From NCBI GenBank assembly GCA_964016885.1, contig OZ024744.1, forward strand, positions 40,610,001 to 40,674,000: DNA of 64,000 nucleotides, written 5' to 3'. Within the stretch, counting starts at the first letter, position 1, and the number at the start of each line of letters is the position of its first letter. Below the pieces are notes generated by a model. That model was given only the letters and a program-made list of their open reading frames with translations. It did no database searches and was not told the DNA's origin. The position numbers and the translations under genes were made by a program. Shown piece after piece: positions 10,265 through 24,900 of this stretch. The DNA comes from Eledone cirrhosa. Lineage: Eukaryota.

Positions 10265-13200
10265 ATTGGCTCTAGTTTTTCTCAAGATATTTTATATTTT
10301 TTTACCTTCTCTAGGCTTTTATTTAAATATTAAACTTAATAAAAATAAGATTTATATGGTAAAAAAACGAACAACAGAATATTTTTGTCAATGGCAAAAA
10401 CAACAGCAATAACAACAAAAATAACAACAACAATAGCAACAAACATAGCAACAGCAAAACAAACAACAACACTAGCTCCAACAACGACATGAATAACAAC
10501 AGCACCAACAGCAACAGTAACAATGAAACAAGGGAAGAAAACAGCAGCAACAACAACAACAGCAACATGAATAACAAAAACTCTTTCGCTGTTGCTGCAG
10601 CAAGTAGAATAGGCCATGTTTTAGCATGAGCCTTAGTGAAAAAGATAAAATGTTCGACCAGGCATAGAAGTTCATTAAACGTGAGCAAACCTGGGCCAAA
10701 TTAACTGACCCAGTAGAGGAAATAGAAGCTGTTGGAAGGTGGAGAATTATTTTCAGGTGCATTTCGGTGCAAACTTACAAAGGGGAAATAACTCTGCAAG
10801 CAGAGGTAGAGGTTGTGCTGTAATGCATCAGACAAGACACTGAGTACATAGCGAGGGGCAGACAATATGACCCCATCTCGGTGCTGTTTAAGTCAGAAGC
10901 CCTCGCTATGAAACACTAATTCCCCCCACTCCCCTCAAAACCAGTAAAGTTATCACGAACACCTCGCATATGGGAAAGAGAACGGTTCAAGTCCGCATTT
11001 CCAAGACTTGTGTGACTCCCGGGATACATGACTAAGGAGGGGACGGTTGCCGTCCCGATTGAGGCTACAAGAACAACCAGGAAGGATTAGTCCAGGGATG
11101 ATTTGAAAATCATTCCCCAAATCAAATCAGAGGACTCCCCCAAAAAACAATTTCAATCACCTCCGTCTCTAATGATGATCACTGAGGGCAAGGAAGTCGC
11201 CCAAACAAGTTCTCCCTCTTCCCGTCTTTCAAACACACACACACACACAAACCAACACTCACACACCCATTAACATACTCCCATTCATCTTTGACACTGA
11301 GTCCCTAGATACTAGTTTCTACTCATCGCAGATGAGAATCCCAAAACCTAAAAAACAAACAAAAACAAAAAAGAAAAGTATCTTTTTACACACATCTACA
11401 AACTCACAAAACATACCCACAGCAAACACAGGCACACTTACAACAACACCAACACCACAACCATCAACAAAAATACAACCATCACCAATAACACTGACAC
11501 AACTGCAAGAAAATAACATGTACAACCACAAACAAAAAGAGAAACTCGCAACTTTGTGTTGCTGAGAAAGAGCAACAAAGAACTAATAGCTCTCATAACA
11601 CGAAGCCAAGACATTGAGAAAGAGGGGAGGATTTTCAGCACCTGCATTTTTAAGGTGCCCGAAACACTTTTGATGGTGCGGATGCCACTAGAAATGTACA
11701 AGAACAATAGGGAGAAATCCCCTACAACATGGGGACCCATTGAGTAGACTTAAAAGAGTTCTAAAGGAACACCACCAACCAGAAATGGAGGCTGAATCAC
11801 CCAACCTTCATAAGCCTCGAGAGGTAAACCTTTCTTCTCTTGCTTAACCAGCCTACATGGCCATCATAACAGTACAATTTTATAATGTTCATGGCCTGAG
11901 GTTGCCCTGGAAGCTGGGTCCCTTGCTGAATGATCTTAGTTTACTAGATATGGTTGTCACTGCCATCAGTGAGACCAGGATTTCTCCCACATGTGTACTA
12001 GTCCCCATTTTCCACTGATTGCTTTGCCCGCTTATCACTTCCACAAAAAGTGGAAAAGTAGACGTTCCATCATATCCCTAAGTTGTGCAGCGAGTGGCAA
12101 TGCTGTTTAGAAAGACTGGAGCCTTGTGGTAAGTACAATTTTCCTGGACCAAGTACCTGATCAGCCAATTCCAAGTGTCCGACAAGTACAAGGTAGATTT
12201 CCCTAATGCGTAATTGTGGACATGGACCAACCACATAGAGTCACCTAGATCATAAATAGATACATTTTTTTAATTAGGATAAGGATAGCATAGAGTTGTC
12301 CATATTTCCAAATGCTTGCTTATTCAAATCAAATTTGTGATCTGCATGACTAACCTAGATAGGGACCTGGTTACTGGAAGCTTAACATATCATTCCCAGC
12401 ATGTAGAACTTACATGTATGGATGTGGTCGGGATTACACAAGTTTGTGCCTCCCCTACCAAACCTTCAACGACATGTGCCAACCTCTCTACAACACCTTG
12501 GCCAAAATCTTACTCTTCTAATTACCTCATCTAGTTTAGTTACCAGCTCCCCTCTTTTCTATTCCTTTCTAATACAACTTCTTTACTAAAACCTATTGAC
12601 ATTACTCTAATCTCTCTTTTGAGAGCACCCCACCCTGTCAACTTACACTTTACTAAAGTGGTGACTTGGTCCCTGTAAGTTCTACATGCTGGGAATGATA
12701 TGTTAAGCTTCCAGTAACCAGGTCCCTATCTAGGTCAGTCATGCAGATCACAAATTTGATTTGAATAAGCAAGCATTTGGAAATATGGACAACTTATACT
12801 GTCCATCTGCTGTTAACCCACTAAGTAGAGGCTACAACATCTCAGATCACATCCGTCTACAATGATGATCACTGGGGGCAAAACCACCCCCGTTCTCCTG
12901 TTGCAGTCAGGGGTCAAGTGGAGAGGGAAGGGAATTGGAATTCTTCAAGCACTCACAGCCCTCAGCAAACCAAACAGTATGATCTGTGGAAACTCCAGCT
13001 TAGCGTTCTATAGAGGGTTAGAGGTCAATGAGAGTGACGATGTTCTTGGGGAAATTCTTGGTGTCGATGAAAATCAACTAGCCCCTCTTTTGGGGGTGAC
13101 TTTTTGGTCCAGTGCCCTTAAACAATTTCCAGAAATCACTAGCCTAGCTGTGCTACTGGGAAGCTTTTTATCTTTAATATTTAAAATATATGAAACTTGA

Positions 13201-13897
13201 AGGCCACATTCCAGGAGAGGCAGAAATGCTGGGATTGATGCATTGCTGGGCAAGGGAACTATTTCAAAGGAGGAGGCATGTTTTGACTTACCCTTATAAT
13301 TTCTCAACACATGTAGATACAAATTTATAAAAGAAAATCTTTAAATTTTCTGAATTGGCATTTTTGTTTAAGTTTCTGGTTGGAACCTCCAGGTTTTCTG
13401 CACTGAAAGAGCCTGGTTAAGAGTCTATACGGTTACGTGACACAGCCCAGACACCTTGTAACTATGTTATGACACCAACCAGCATGTTACAGAGGGTGTT
13501 TAAAGACTCAAAGGTTCATAAAACCGACTACCCATATTTTACGATATTTCTCAATTTACTCCCACCTTGATTGTATTTTACATGTGTGTGTACACTAAGT
13601 CAGTGTAGTAGTCTGTAACAATCTTGGTAAGCAATAGTACTCATGTGGTGGGATCTCTATAGATATAGTAGGGAAATATTCTAGTTCAAAAAGAGTATGA
13701 GAATCAAACAATTAAATATATTACCTCCCTTTGCTTCTATTAAAAAAAAAGGCAAAAAAAACCCATCAAGGAGAATCCTCCTACTCTTTTTGAACTACTA
13801 TATCTATGGAGATCCCACCACATGAGTACTATTGCTTGCCAAGATTGTTACAGACTGCTACACTGACTTGGTGTACACACACAAGTGTGTGTGTATA

Positions 13898-13929
<32 letters not shown>

Positions 13930-15603
13930 GTATGTATATACTTGCATGTGTGTGAAATCAAATGTCTATCTATCACAGTTAGTGATATATACCTCTATGC
14001 TATGCTGATTATAGATAAAGAAATCTATAGATCCAGTGTTGGTGTCTGCTGCTGAAGCATTGAAGATATGAAGACAAAGCCAAACTGTGCCTCGTATTTA
14101 TAAGAAAAATCAGAAAATTATGATGTCATAATAGGGATATACCAACATTTTCAAAAATGTAAATCAAACATTTACTAAATATATTACCTCCCTTTAATTG
14201 TTTCTATAAAAAAAAAAAAAACCCATCAAAATTGAAATCTAAAACTATTTTCTAAATTTTACAAAATATCTTTCTTTTTCATAATGATACTCATATTTAA
14301 ACAAAGTTACTTCAAATTCACATGGAGTCAGTCCACCTTGTGGTCCCTGCCAACAGGATGGAAAAGACATTGCCCTAGAGGATAGTTAGGGAGACATGCT
14401 GGAACAACAATTCCACCTTGCACCTGTGGGCAGCCAACTCTACTCTGATAGCATTGAGTGAGTAGGAATGTGGCCCAGGGGCAAAGAACACCAGAAGTTT
14501 CCAGTAGACTGGTAATGAATGCATCAGGTTGTCTCTAGAAAAGCTGTCACAATATATAGCATCCTAGATGAGGGAAGATTATGTTGTTTGGTCTTTTAAC
14601 ATCCCCTCAGTCGAGCCCTATATAATCCACAATGGATTCACAGCGGCATTTGTGAGGCTCAGATCCAGAAGCCAACCCTCAGGGAAACACTGATCTGCAA
14701 GCAATTGCTGTCCAGCTGAGTTCCAGTCAAAAGTGATAGTATTATTTTAAACCAGGTGGTGGATTGGTAGTATCGGTAGAGGATCGGACGTCATGCTTTG
14801 ACGCATAGAGTTACGGCCCTTTCCATTCTGAGTTCAAATCCCGCCGAGATCAACTTTGCTTTTCATCCTTACGGGGTCGATAAAATAAAGTACCAGTAAT
14901 GTAATGGGTAATTGCTGGCTTTGTGCCAAAATAGAAACAATTATTTTAAACAAGGCACCACTGTGGTGTTGTGAAGCCAAGCAAAAACATGCTGGACAGT
15001 GATGGTTGAGCTGACACACTAGCCTGTTAGAGGTCATGTTGCACTGAAATCATTGAATATATTAAATTTACACTTATTTACTATATTAAAAAGATTTCTT
15101 TATACACAAAACAAAACTAATTAGAATAAAGATTATTTCTTTTGAGAGCTAGAGTTACATAGAAAAGGGATTGCTTGAGGAAGATGTAAACTGTGGAAGA
15201 GGGACACTCAGGAAAACATGAGTCCAAATTGTGAAGAGTTACCTCACAAAATTGAACAACATGTTTCCAATAGTCTAAAACATAGTTACTGTGGAGCATC
15301 ACCAGCAAACTTATAAAGACGAACTCTAATTAGATATTCTGTTAACTGCGACCATTGACTGTAATTAATAATTAACTGTGCAGCAGAAAAGTTGCCCAGA
15401 ATACCTGGTAATATGATCTGAACTCTTACTTTATTTTTAAGCTGAAGTGCGTTATTTAGAACTAAATGTCTGCTGTAGGTATGGGTTGCTTGTCTGATAC
15501 TTCATTTATGATAACTTTTTTGGAATGTAAGAGCCAGGTGATGTCTCTCTCTCAGACTTACCAAGTCTCTGACTATGACAACCAGTCCAACCAATGGCAG
15601 AAC
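10265..15603 (+). repeat. Tandem segmental array, copy B (near-identical to A; lacks ~190 bp of A's start)
   Basis: Line-by-line identity with A apart from a few substitutions; deletion bounded by AATAAAAAT microhomology. Confidence 0.95.
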
Positions 15604-15684
15604 ATTGGCTCTAGTTTTTCTCAAGATATTTTATATTTTTTTACCTTCTCTAGGCTTTTATTTAAATATTAAACTTAATAAAAA

Positions 15685-18600
15685 TAAGATTTATATGGTA
15701 AAAAAACGAACAACAGAATATTTTTGTCAATGGCAAAAACAACAGCAATAACAACAAAAATAACAACAACAATAGCAACAAACATAGCAACAGCAAAACA
15801 AACAACAACACTAGCTCCAACAACGACATGAATAACAACAGCACCAACAGCAACAGTAACAATGAAACAAGGGAAGAAAACAGCAGCAACAACAACAACA
15901 GCAACATGAATAACAAAAACTCTTTCGCTGTTGCTGCAGCAAGTAGAATAGGCCATGTTTTAGCATGAGCCTTAGTGAAAAAGATAAAATGTTCGACCAG
16001 GCATGGAAGTTCATTAAACGTGAGCAAACCTGGGCCAAATTAACTGACCCAGTAGAGGAAATAGAAGCTGTTGGAAGGTGGAGAATTATTTTCAGGTGCA
16101 TTTCGGTGCAAACTTACAAAGGGGAAATAACTCTGCAAGCAGAGGTAGAGGTTGTGCTGTAATGCATCAGACAAGACACTGAGTACATAGCGAGGGGCAG
16201 ACAATATGACCCCATCTCGGTGTTGTTTAAGTCAGAAGCCCTCGCTATGAAACACTAATTCCCCCCACTCCCCTCAAAACCAGTAAAGTTATCACGAACA
16301 CCTCGCATATGGGAAAGAGAACGGTTCAAGTCCGCATTTCCAAGACTTGTGTGACTCCCGGGATACATGACTAAGGAGGGGACGGTTGCCGTCCCGATTG
16401 AGGCTACAAGAACAACCAGGAAGGATTAGTCCAGGGATGATTTGAAAATCATTCCCCAAATCAAATCAGAGGACTCCCCCAAAAAACAATTTCAATCACC
16501 TCCGTCTCTAATGATGATCACTGAGGGCAAGGAAGTCGCCCAAACAAGTTCTCCCTCTTCCCGTCTTTCAAACACACACACACACACAAACCAACACTCA
16601 CACACCCATTAACATACTCCCATTCATCTTTGACACTGAGTCCCTAGATACTAGTTTCTACTCATCCGCAGATGAGGAGAATCCCAAAACCTAAAAAACA
16701 AACAGAAACAAAAAAGAAAAGTATCTTTTTACACACATCTACAAACTCACAAAACATACCCACAGCAAACACAGGCACACTTACAACAACACCAACACCA
16801 CAACCGTCAACAAAAATACAACCATCACCAATAACACTGACACAACTGCAAGAAAATAATATGTACAACCACAAACAAAAAGAGAAACTCGCAACTTTGT
16901 GTTGCTGAGAAAGAGCAACAAAGAACGAATAGCTCTCATAACACGAAGCCAAGACATTGAGAAAGAGGGGAGGATTTTCAGCACCTGCATTTTTAAGGTG
17001 CCCGAAACACTTTTGATGGTGCGGATGCCACTAGAAATGTACAAGAACAATAGGGAGAACTCCCCTACAACATGGGGACCCATGGTGTAAAGACCTTGAG
17101 TAGACTTAAAAGGGTTCCTAAAGGAACACCACCAACCAGAAATGGAGGCTGAATCACCCAACCTTCATAAGCCTCGGGAGGTAAACCTTTCTTCTCTTGC
17201 TTAACCAGCCTACATGGCCATCATAACAGTACAATTTTATAATGTTCATGGCCTGGGTTGCCCTGGAAGCTGCGTCCCTTGCTGAATGACCTTAGTTTAC
17301 TAGATATGGTTGTCACTGCCATCAGTGAGACCAGGATTTCTCCCACATGTCTACTAGTCCCCATTTTCCACTGATTGCTTTGCCCGCTTATCACTTCCAC
17401 AAAAAGTGGAAAAGTAGACGTTCCATCATATCCCTAAGTTGTGCAGCGAGTAGCAATGCTGTTTAGAAAGACTGGCGCCTTGTGGTAAGTACAATTTTCC
17501 TGGACCAAGTACCTGATCAGCCAATTCCAACTGTCTGACAAGTACATGGTAGATTTCCCTAATGCGTAATTGTGGACATGGACCAACCACAGAGTCACCT
17601 AGATCATAAATATATATATTTTTTTAATTAGGACAGTAGATAAGGATAGTATAGAGTTGTCCATATTTCCAAATGCTTGCTTATTCAAATCAAATTTGTG
17701 ATCTGCATGACTGACCTAGAAAGGGATCTGGTTAATGGAAGCTTAACATATCATTCCCAGCATGTAGAACTTACAGGAACCAAGTTAGAGAGATTATTGT
17801 AATGTCAATAGGTTTTAATAAAGAAGTTGTATTAGAAAGGAATAGAAAAGAGGGGAGCTGGTAACTAAACTAGATGAGGTAATTAGAAGAGTAAGATTTT
17901 GGCCAAGGTGTTGTAGAGAGGTTGGCACATGTCGTTGAGCTTTTGGTAGGGGAGGCACAAACTTGTGCAATCCCGACCACATCCATACAGAACAACCTCC
18001 ACCTCATGCGATACAGATGCACAGAGGCATCTGCTTGATGGTCAACGTAAATGGCCATCTTTTGGATCCATTTCAGATCGTGTGATCAGTCCATCAAGGT
18101 AACCCTCTCTCCTCTCTTCTGTATGTCTGGAAAGTCGAGTCTTTACTGCTGAAGTTGGAACTGTTGTAGGGCATCGTGCTTGAACTGGGATGTGGAAGGG
18201 CTGTGTTGTCATATGTGGGCAACATCACCATAATGGTGTCAGACACCTCAGAAATCGAGATCGTCGCCATCTTAGAGGAATATAAAAGGTTAATGGGAAC
18301 AAAACTGTCGGTGAGTTTGCAGCTTGGCATCTCGAGACAAATCCATGTCATTCAACAGCATTGATGGATGGACCAGCGAATTAGGACTGGACAGTGGTCA
18401 CTCTCACCCAGAAATGGGCAGAGAGGAAGCTATCCGTGAAATGTAGGGCTGAAGTGGTCATTATCTACCACCCGACCATGATTTTGCCCCAGTTCGCACC
18501 TCACCAAAGTGGAAGGTCTACTTTTCCACTTTTTGTGGAAGTGATAAGTGGGCAAAACAATCAGTGGAAATTCCATTCATGAGTTCTATAGAGTGGATAA

Positions 18601-19290
18601 GAACTAGGATGAGGTATTGAGCAGGGTGGCTACTATCACTCAGAAATGGATCATGAAAATGTTATCCTTCAAACGTTGGTTGGAGATGGCAAATGCATAC
18701 ATAGCATCCATCTATTACCGCTTGATGTGTCATGCCTCCCCAAATTGAACATTTGCTCTTCAGCTTTTTTGTGGGAGTGAGAAGTTCCATTGGTGAGGCA
18801 ATCCATGTTACCAGCACACTACACGAAGGACTGGGAATGCCATAGCTAATGATGCACAAACATACTCAGGCTACATCTTCAGATATTTGTAAATGGTGAA
18901 CATGTGTGGTCGCTGTTTGTTGTACAGGTCTTCCCACAGCTCGTCTCTTGGACTGTCATCTGCCACATGACCATCATGCCTTGATCCGACCTTGTCCGCC
19001 TGACTGTCCATCTGCTGTTAACACCCACTAAGTAGAGGCTACAATATCTCAGATCACATCCGTCTCCAATGATGATCACTGGGGGCAAAACCACCCCCGT
19101 TCTCCTGTTGCAGTCAGGGGTCAAGTGGAGAGGGAAGGGAATTGGAATTCTTCAAGCACTCACAGCCCTCAGCAAACCAAACAGTATGATCTGTGGAAAC
19201 TCCAGCTTAGCGTTCTATAGAGGGTTAGAGGTCAATGAGAGTGACGATGTTCTTGGGGAAATTCTTGGTGTCGATGAAAATCGGCCCCTC
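15685..19290 (+). mobile_element. Decayed Tx1/L1-clade LINE, most complete copy (C); RT part repeated in D at 25706-27055
   Basis: APE motifs as in A plus RT motifs SVHQGNPLSSLLYV (QGxPLS), SYVGNITIMV/SYVANITIMV (decayed YADD) and GLGMP; heavily disrupted. Confidence 0.8.
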
Positions 19291-19326
19291 AGAAATCACT
19301 AGCCTGGTTGTGCTACTGGGAAGCTT

Positions 19327-19720
19327 AGCTAGTTACACTCGACAGCATTCTATGTTTATGTTGAACAACTGCAGTTGTAGGTATGACGAATCCGGCTATC
19401 AGCTGAGTTCAATGTGAATATTTTCCTGCCAAGCGTGTCCACTTACCTCTTTCACCATGGTCACAGATAAAAACAGTCAAGAAGGCCAGATTATTTTTAT
19501 CTCTGACCACGGTGAAAGAGGTACGTGGACACGCTTAACTGTTGAAGACTAGCTCTTTCTTCAATAACGAAACCCTGATTAACTTCGCTTGAACCTGTAG
19601 ACAGCTGGGATAGGGTACTTACCCTTCAAATCAGGGCACCCGTGGGTTTATGGGGGTTTTCCTCGAGTGACCCCTGAAAGTCTTCCCTATTGAGGTACCT
19701 CAGTTTTCATTTTTATCTAT
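19327..19720. mobile_element. 394-bp non-coding structured insertion unique to copy C, flanked by a 36-bp direct duplication
   Basis: Absent from A, B and D; AGAAATCACTAGCCT.G.TGTGCTACTGGGAAGCTT at 19291-19326 and 19721-19756; 43-bp inverted repeat 19431-19473/19494-19536. Confidence 0.8.
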
Positions 19721-20487
19721 AGAAATCACTAGCCTAGCTGTGCTACTGGGAAGCTTTTTATCTTTAACATTTAAAATATTTGAAACTTGAAGGCCACATT
19801 CCAGGAGAGGCAGAAATGCTGGGATTGATACATTGCTGCGCAAGGGGACTATTTCAAAGGAGGAGGCATGTTTTGACTTACCCTTATAATTTCTCAACAC
19901 AGGTAGATACAAATTTATAAAAGAAAATCGTTAAATTTTCTAAATTGGCATTTTTATTTAAGTTTCTGGTTGGAACCTCCAGGTTTTCTGCACTGAAAGA
20001 GCCTGGTTAAGAGTCTATACGGTTACGTGACACAACCCAGACACCTTGTAACTATGTTATGACACCAACCAGCATGTTACAGAGGGTGTTTAAAGACTCA
20101 AAGGTTCATAAAACCGACTACCCATATTTTACGATATTTCTCACTTTACTCCCACCTGGATTGTATTTTACATGTGTGTGTACACCAAGTCAGTGTAGTA
20201 GTCTGTAACAATCTTGGTAAGCAATAGTACTCATGTGGTGGGATCTCTATAGATATAGTAGGGAAATATTCTAGTTCAAAAAGAGTATGAGAATCAAACA
20301 ATTAAATATATTACCTCCCTTTGCTTCTATTAAAAAAAAAAGCAAAAATACCCCATCAAGGAGAATCCTCCTACTCTTTTTGAACTACTATATCTATGGA
20401 GATCCCACCACATGAGTACTATTGCTTGCCAAGATTGTTACAGACTGCTACACTGACTTGGTGTACACACACAAGTGTGTGTGTATA

Positions 20488-20519
<32 letters not shown>

Positions 20520-21845
20520 GTATGTATATGCTTGCATGTGTGTGAAATCAAATGTCTATCTATCACAGTCAGTGATATATACCTCTATGCTATGCTGATT
20601 ATAGATAAAGAAATCTATAGATCCAGTGTTGGTGTCTGCTGCTGAAGCATTGAAGATATGAAGACAAAGCCAAACTGTGCCTCGTATTTATAAGAAAAAT
20701 CAGAAAAATATGATGTCATAATAGGGATATACCAACATTTTCAAAAATTTAAATCAATATTACCTCGCCTGAATTGTTTCTATTTTTAAAAAAAGCCAAA
20801 AAACCCCATCAAAATTGAAATCTAAAACTATTTTCTAAATTTTACAAAATATCTTTCTTTTTCATAATGATACTCATATTTAAACAAAGTTACTTCAAAT
20901 TCATATGGAGTCAGTCCACCTTGTGGTCCCAGCCAACAGGATAGAGAAGACATTGCCCTAGAGGATAGTTAGGGAGACATGCTGGAGCAACCATTCCACC
21001 TTGCACCTGTGGGCAGCCAACTCTACTCTGATAGCATTGAGTGAGTAGGAATGTGGTCCACGTGGCAAAGTACACCAGAAGTTTCCACTGGACTGGCAAT
21101 GAATGCACCAGGTTGTCTCTAGAAAAGCTGTCACAATATATAGCATCCTAGATGAGGGAAGATTATGTCGTTTGGTCTTTTAACATCCCCTCAGTCGAGC
21201 ACTATATAATCCACAATGGATTCACAGCAGCATTTGTGAGGCTCAGATCCAGAAGCCTACCCTCAGGGAAACACTGATGTGCAAGCAATTGCTGTCCAGC
21301 TGAGTTCCAATCAAAAGTGATAGTATTATTTTAAACCAGGTGGTGGATTGGTAGTATCGGTAGAGGGTCTACGTCATGCTTTGACGCATAGAGTTACGGC
21401 CCTTTGCATTCAGAGTTCAAATCCCGCCGAGGACAACTTTGCCTTTCATCCTTACGGGGTCGATAAAATAAAGTACCAGTAATGTACTGAGGTAATTACT
21501 GTCCTTGTGCCAAAATAGAAACAATTATTTTAAACCAGGCACCACTGTGGTGTTGTGAGGCCAAGCAAAAACATGCTGGACAGTGATGGTTGAGCTGACA
21601 CACCAGCCTGTCCGAGGTCATGTTGCACTGAAATCATTGAATATATTAAATTTACAGTTATTTACTATATTAAAGAGATTTGTTTATACACGAAACAAAA
21701 CTAATTAGAATAAAGATTATTTCTTTTGAGAGCATGTGTTACATAAAAAAGGGATTGCTTGAGGAAGATGTAAACTGTGGAAGAGGGACACTCAGGAAAA
21801 CATGAGTCCAAGTTGTGAAGAGTTACCTAACAAAATTGAACCACA

Positions 21846-24839
21846 ATAATAATAATAATGATAATAATAATAATGAAATTATTGTGTAAAGGGCTCAGGT
21901 TTACTACAACTCATCAAAGGTGCATGTATAGTACATAGAATAATATACAAATGTCAGGGAAGTGAACAGTGTATGAGTCATGATATACATGTGTGCATGT
22001 GTGTGGAGGGGGAACATTAGGTGTAGTGTTAGTGAATCTCGGGAAGCATGGAGGTTTTAAATGATGCAGTGTCTCAACAGCTAACAACTGATGAAGGTAG
22101 TTTGTTCCATGCTTCAGCAACTCTGAGCATGAAAAAATGTTTCCGAAAGTCATGGGAACTATGCTGTTTTCTGACTTTGTGGACATGTCAACGTGTTAGA
22201 CACATGGAAATCAAAAGGTTACTCAGGGTTGTTGTTGGCAAGATGGTTAATAATTTTGTAGGTGTTTACAAAGTCAGTTGCCAGGCGTCGGAGCTTCAAT
22301 GTATCCATGCCCAGGGAAGCAAGGCGTTCAGAGTATGGTAGATTCCTGATGGAGAGTATTTGCTTGGTTCCACGTCTCTGAACAGTTTCCAGGTGGTCAA
22401 TGTTCTGAGCAAGGTAGGAGTTCCAGACTGGTGATGTAAATTCTAAGTGTGGCCTCACCATAGTCATGTACAGCCTTAAATAGATAGCTGGAGAGCAGCT
22501 GACAAAGGTCTTGCTGAGTGATGCTAAGACACCCTCAGCCCTCTTGACAATTTTAGAGATGTGCTTCGTCCAACGCAAATCGCTGCTGACCGTAATGCTC
22601 AGGTCATGTTCACAAGAAGACTTCTTGAAATTATTGCTGTGGAGGGAGTATGTGGACGCTTGGGTTTTACTCCCAAAATGCATGGTGGTGCACTTGTCAA
22701 CAGCTAGCTTGAGTTGCCAGTCTGAGATCCATTGTTGCATGGTGTCCAGGCCAGACTGCAAGCAAGATGTATACTGTTCAGGATCTGTCCTTTTTATCTC
22801 AAGATACAGCTTGATGTCATCTGCATACTTTAGTACTGTGGCATTCTTTAAGTTGGCATCTATGTCATTAATATATGCCACAAAGAAAAGGGGGCCAAGA
22901 ACATATCCCTGTGGTACACCAGATGACATCTCATATGGTGAGGAATGCTGTCCCAGAACCGTGACCTCTCTTCGACTGAGAATGAAGGACTTCAACCAGT
23001 TAAAAAGATCATCCTTCACACCCATTGCAGAGAGTTTTGCCATAAGCATTTTGTGTGGCATAGAATTGAAAGCTTTCGCAAAGTCAAGGTAAACAACATC
23101 CACCCATGAGCCGCCATTAGTGATCCGGGTGATGTCCTCAAGAAACTCGATAAGTTGATCACAGCAGCTGGAGTTAGGGATAAATCCAAATTGCGAGGGC
23201 CGGATAAGACTCTGAGAGTTCCAGAAGTTCCAAAGTGTTTCTCTGACACAGGATTCCATCAGTTTGGCAATGCAACTAGTAAGACTAAACTGGACAATAG
23301 TTCACAGGTGATGTGCGGTCACCCTTTTTGAACAGAGGAATGACGCTGGCAGTTTTCCACTGTTCTGGAGTAGCACTGTTGTTCAGACAGAATTGGAAGA
23401 AGCGTGATAGCTGGTGCAGAAGCAAGTACCCACCACGTAACACCATCAAGACCAGGAGAGGCATGGTTGCGTTTATTTTTTAGGTGACGTCGCAGCATTG
23501 CAGGTGTAAATTCCATGGTTGTAATAGAGTCCGGTGTCATAGGTGGTGGAGACGGTACACTCTGGTCTTCAATAGTGAAAATGGCTGCATAGCATTCAGC
23601 AATGAGCTCTGCACATTCCTTGGGGTCGTCAGTAACCTGGCTTGTGTGGGGATTGTGAAGAGGACCAACTGGAGAGGGAGGCCTCTGCTCTGAGTGAACA
23701 TAGTTCCAGATCACCTTACTGTCAGGGCTGGTTGCTATGCGCTGTTCAAATTGAAGCACTGCCTTTTTTGTCACCTGTTTGAGGTGGTTGAACGATTTAT
23801 TTCACCTCTTCCTATTGATGTCTGATTTGTGCAGTTTGTACTCACGTTCAGCATTGCGACGTTCTTTTCTGGCAAGACGGACTGCTGCAGTCTCCCAAAT
23901 TGCACTTTTGGGATGTTTTTTCCGCTTACGTGGCACCGATGTTGCATATGCTGTCCATATTGAGCTCAGAATGTTCTGGAGTACAGTGTTGACATCTCCA
24001 GAGTCGTAGAACTCAAGCCAGTTTGGACGTTGCAGCACGGTGCAGTAACAGTTCCAGTCTGCTTTATTCCAGTCAAAGTGAGCAGTTTGGAGATGGTTGT
24101 GGTTCTTGTTACTGCCCGTGAGGGATAGATTGGCAATGATCATAGCATGATCAGAGTCAACTAAAAGTTCCTCAGCAGGAACACTAATGACAGTTTCAGG
24201 AGTAGTGATGAAAAGTAGGTCCAAAGTGTTGTCACCTCTTGTTGGGGAGGTGACTACTTGGGACCAATTCGAGTCCAGCACTAGCTCAAGGAAGTCATTT
24301 GCACTTGGTGGCCAACGAAAGGTTTTCCAGTCAATCTGAGGGTGATTGAAGTCTCCTGCAATAAAGACATAAGTGGTTGTTTTCCTGGCAGCAGCTCTCA
24401 GGATATCACAAAGTTGAGTGTCCTGATGGTAATTTGGGGGACGGTAAACGACTCCAAGTAGCAGTGTTGACATGGTCATACGTATGTCGCAGAAAAAAAC
24501 TTCCTACTGTGATTGGTTCAAATCAACACAAGGAATTGCCGACAAATTTGACCTAACATATACCATTACACCACCACCACCACCACCACCACCACGATTA
24601 ATGCGGTCTTTACGAAACAGGTTGTAGCCAGTTATGCTGAAAACCCCATCACAGAGTAAGGGATGTGCCCAAGTTTCCGTGACTGTAATGAAGTCAGGGT
24701 TGATACTTTTGACGTAGGAGTCAAAAAGATGAATCTTATTGCATAGACTACGTGCATTCAAGGACAACAATTTGTACCTTGATTCCAGTATATGATTATG
24801 TGCAGGGGATGGCAGGTTGTTCTGGTTTAGTTTCCCAGA
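21846..24839 (-). mobile_element. CR1-clade LINE, 5'-truncated just upstream of ORF2, frameshifted
   Basis: APE motifs LNARSL, VTETW, VYRPP, GDFNHP, LDLLF, SDH; RT motifs QFGF, YLDFAKAF, GVPQG.VLGP, YADD, VRPHLEF, VQRR; (ATT)n 3' tail; empty site present in A/B. Confidence 0.93.
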
Positions 24840-24900
24840 GTTTCCAATAGTCTAAAACATATTGTTACTGTGGAGCATCACCAGCAAACTTATAAAGGAC

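Noticed and set aside
22219-23259. 346-aa RT ORF as a functional or domesticated gene
   Set aside because: Part of a frameshifted CR1 ORF2; the duplicate in copy D is broken within the same region
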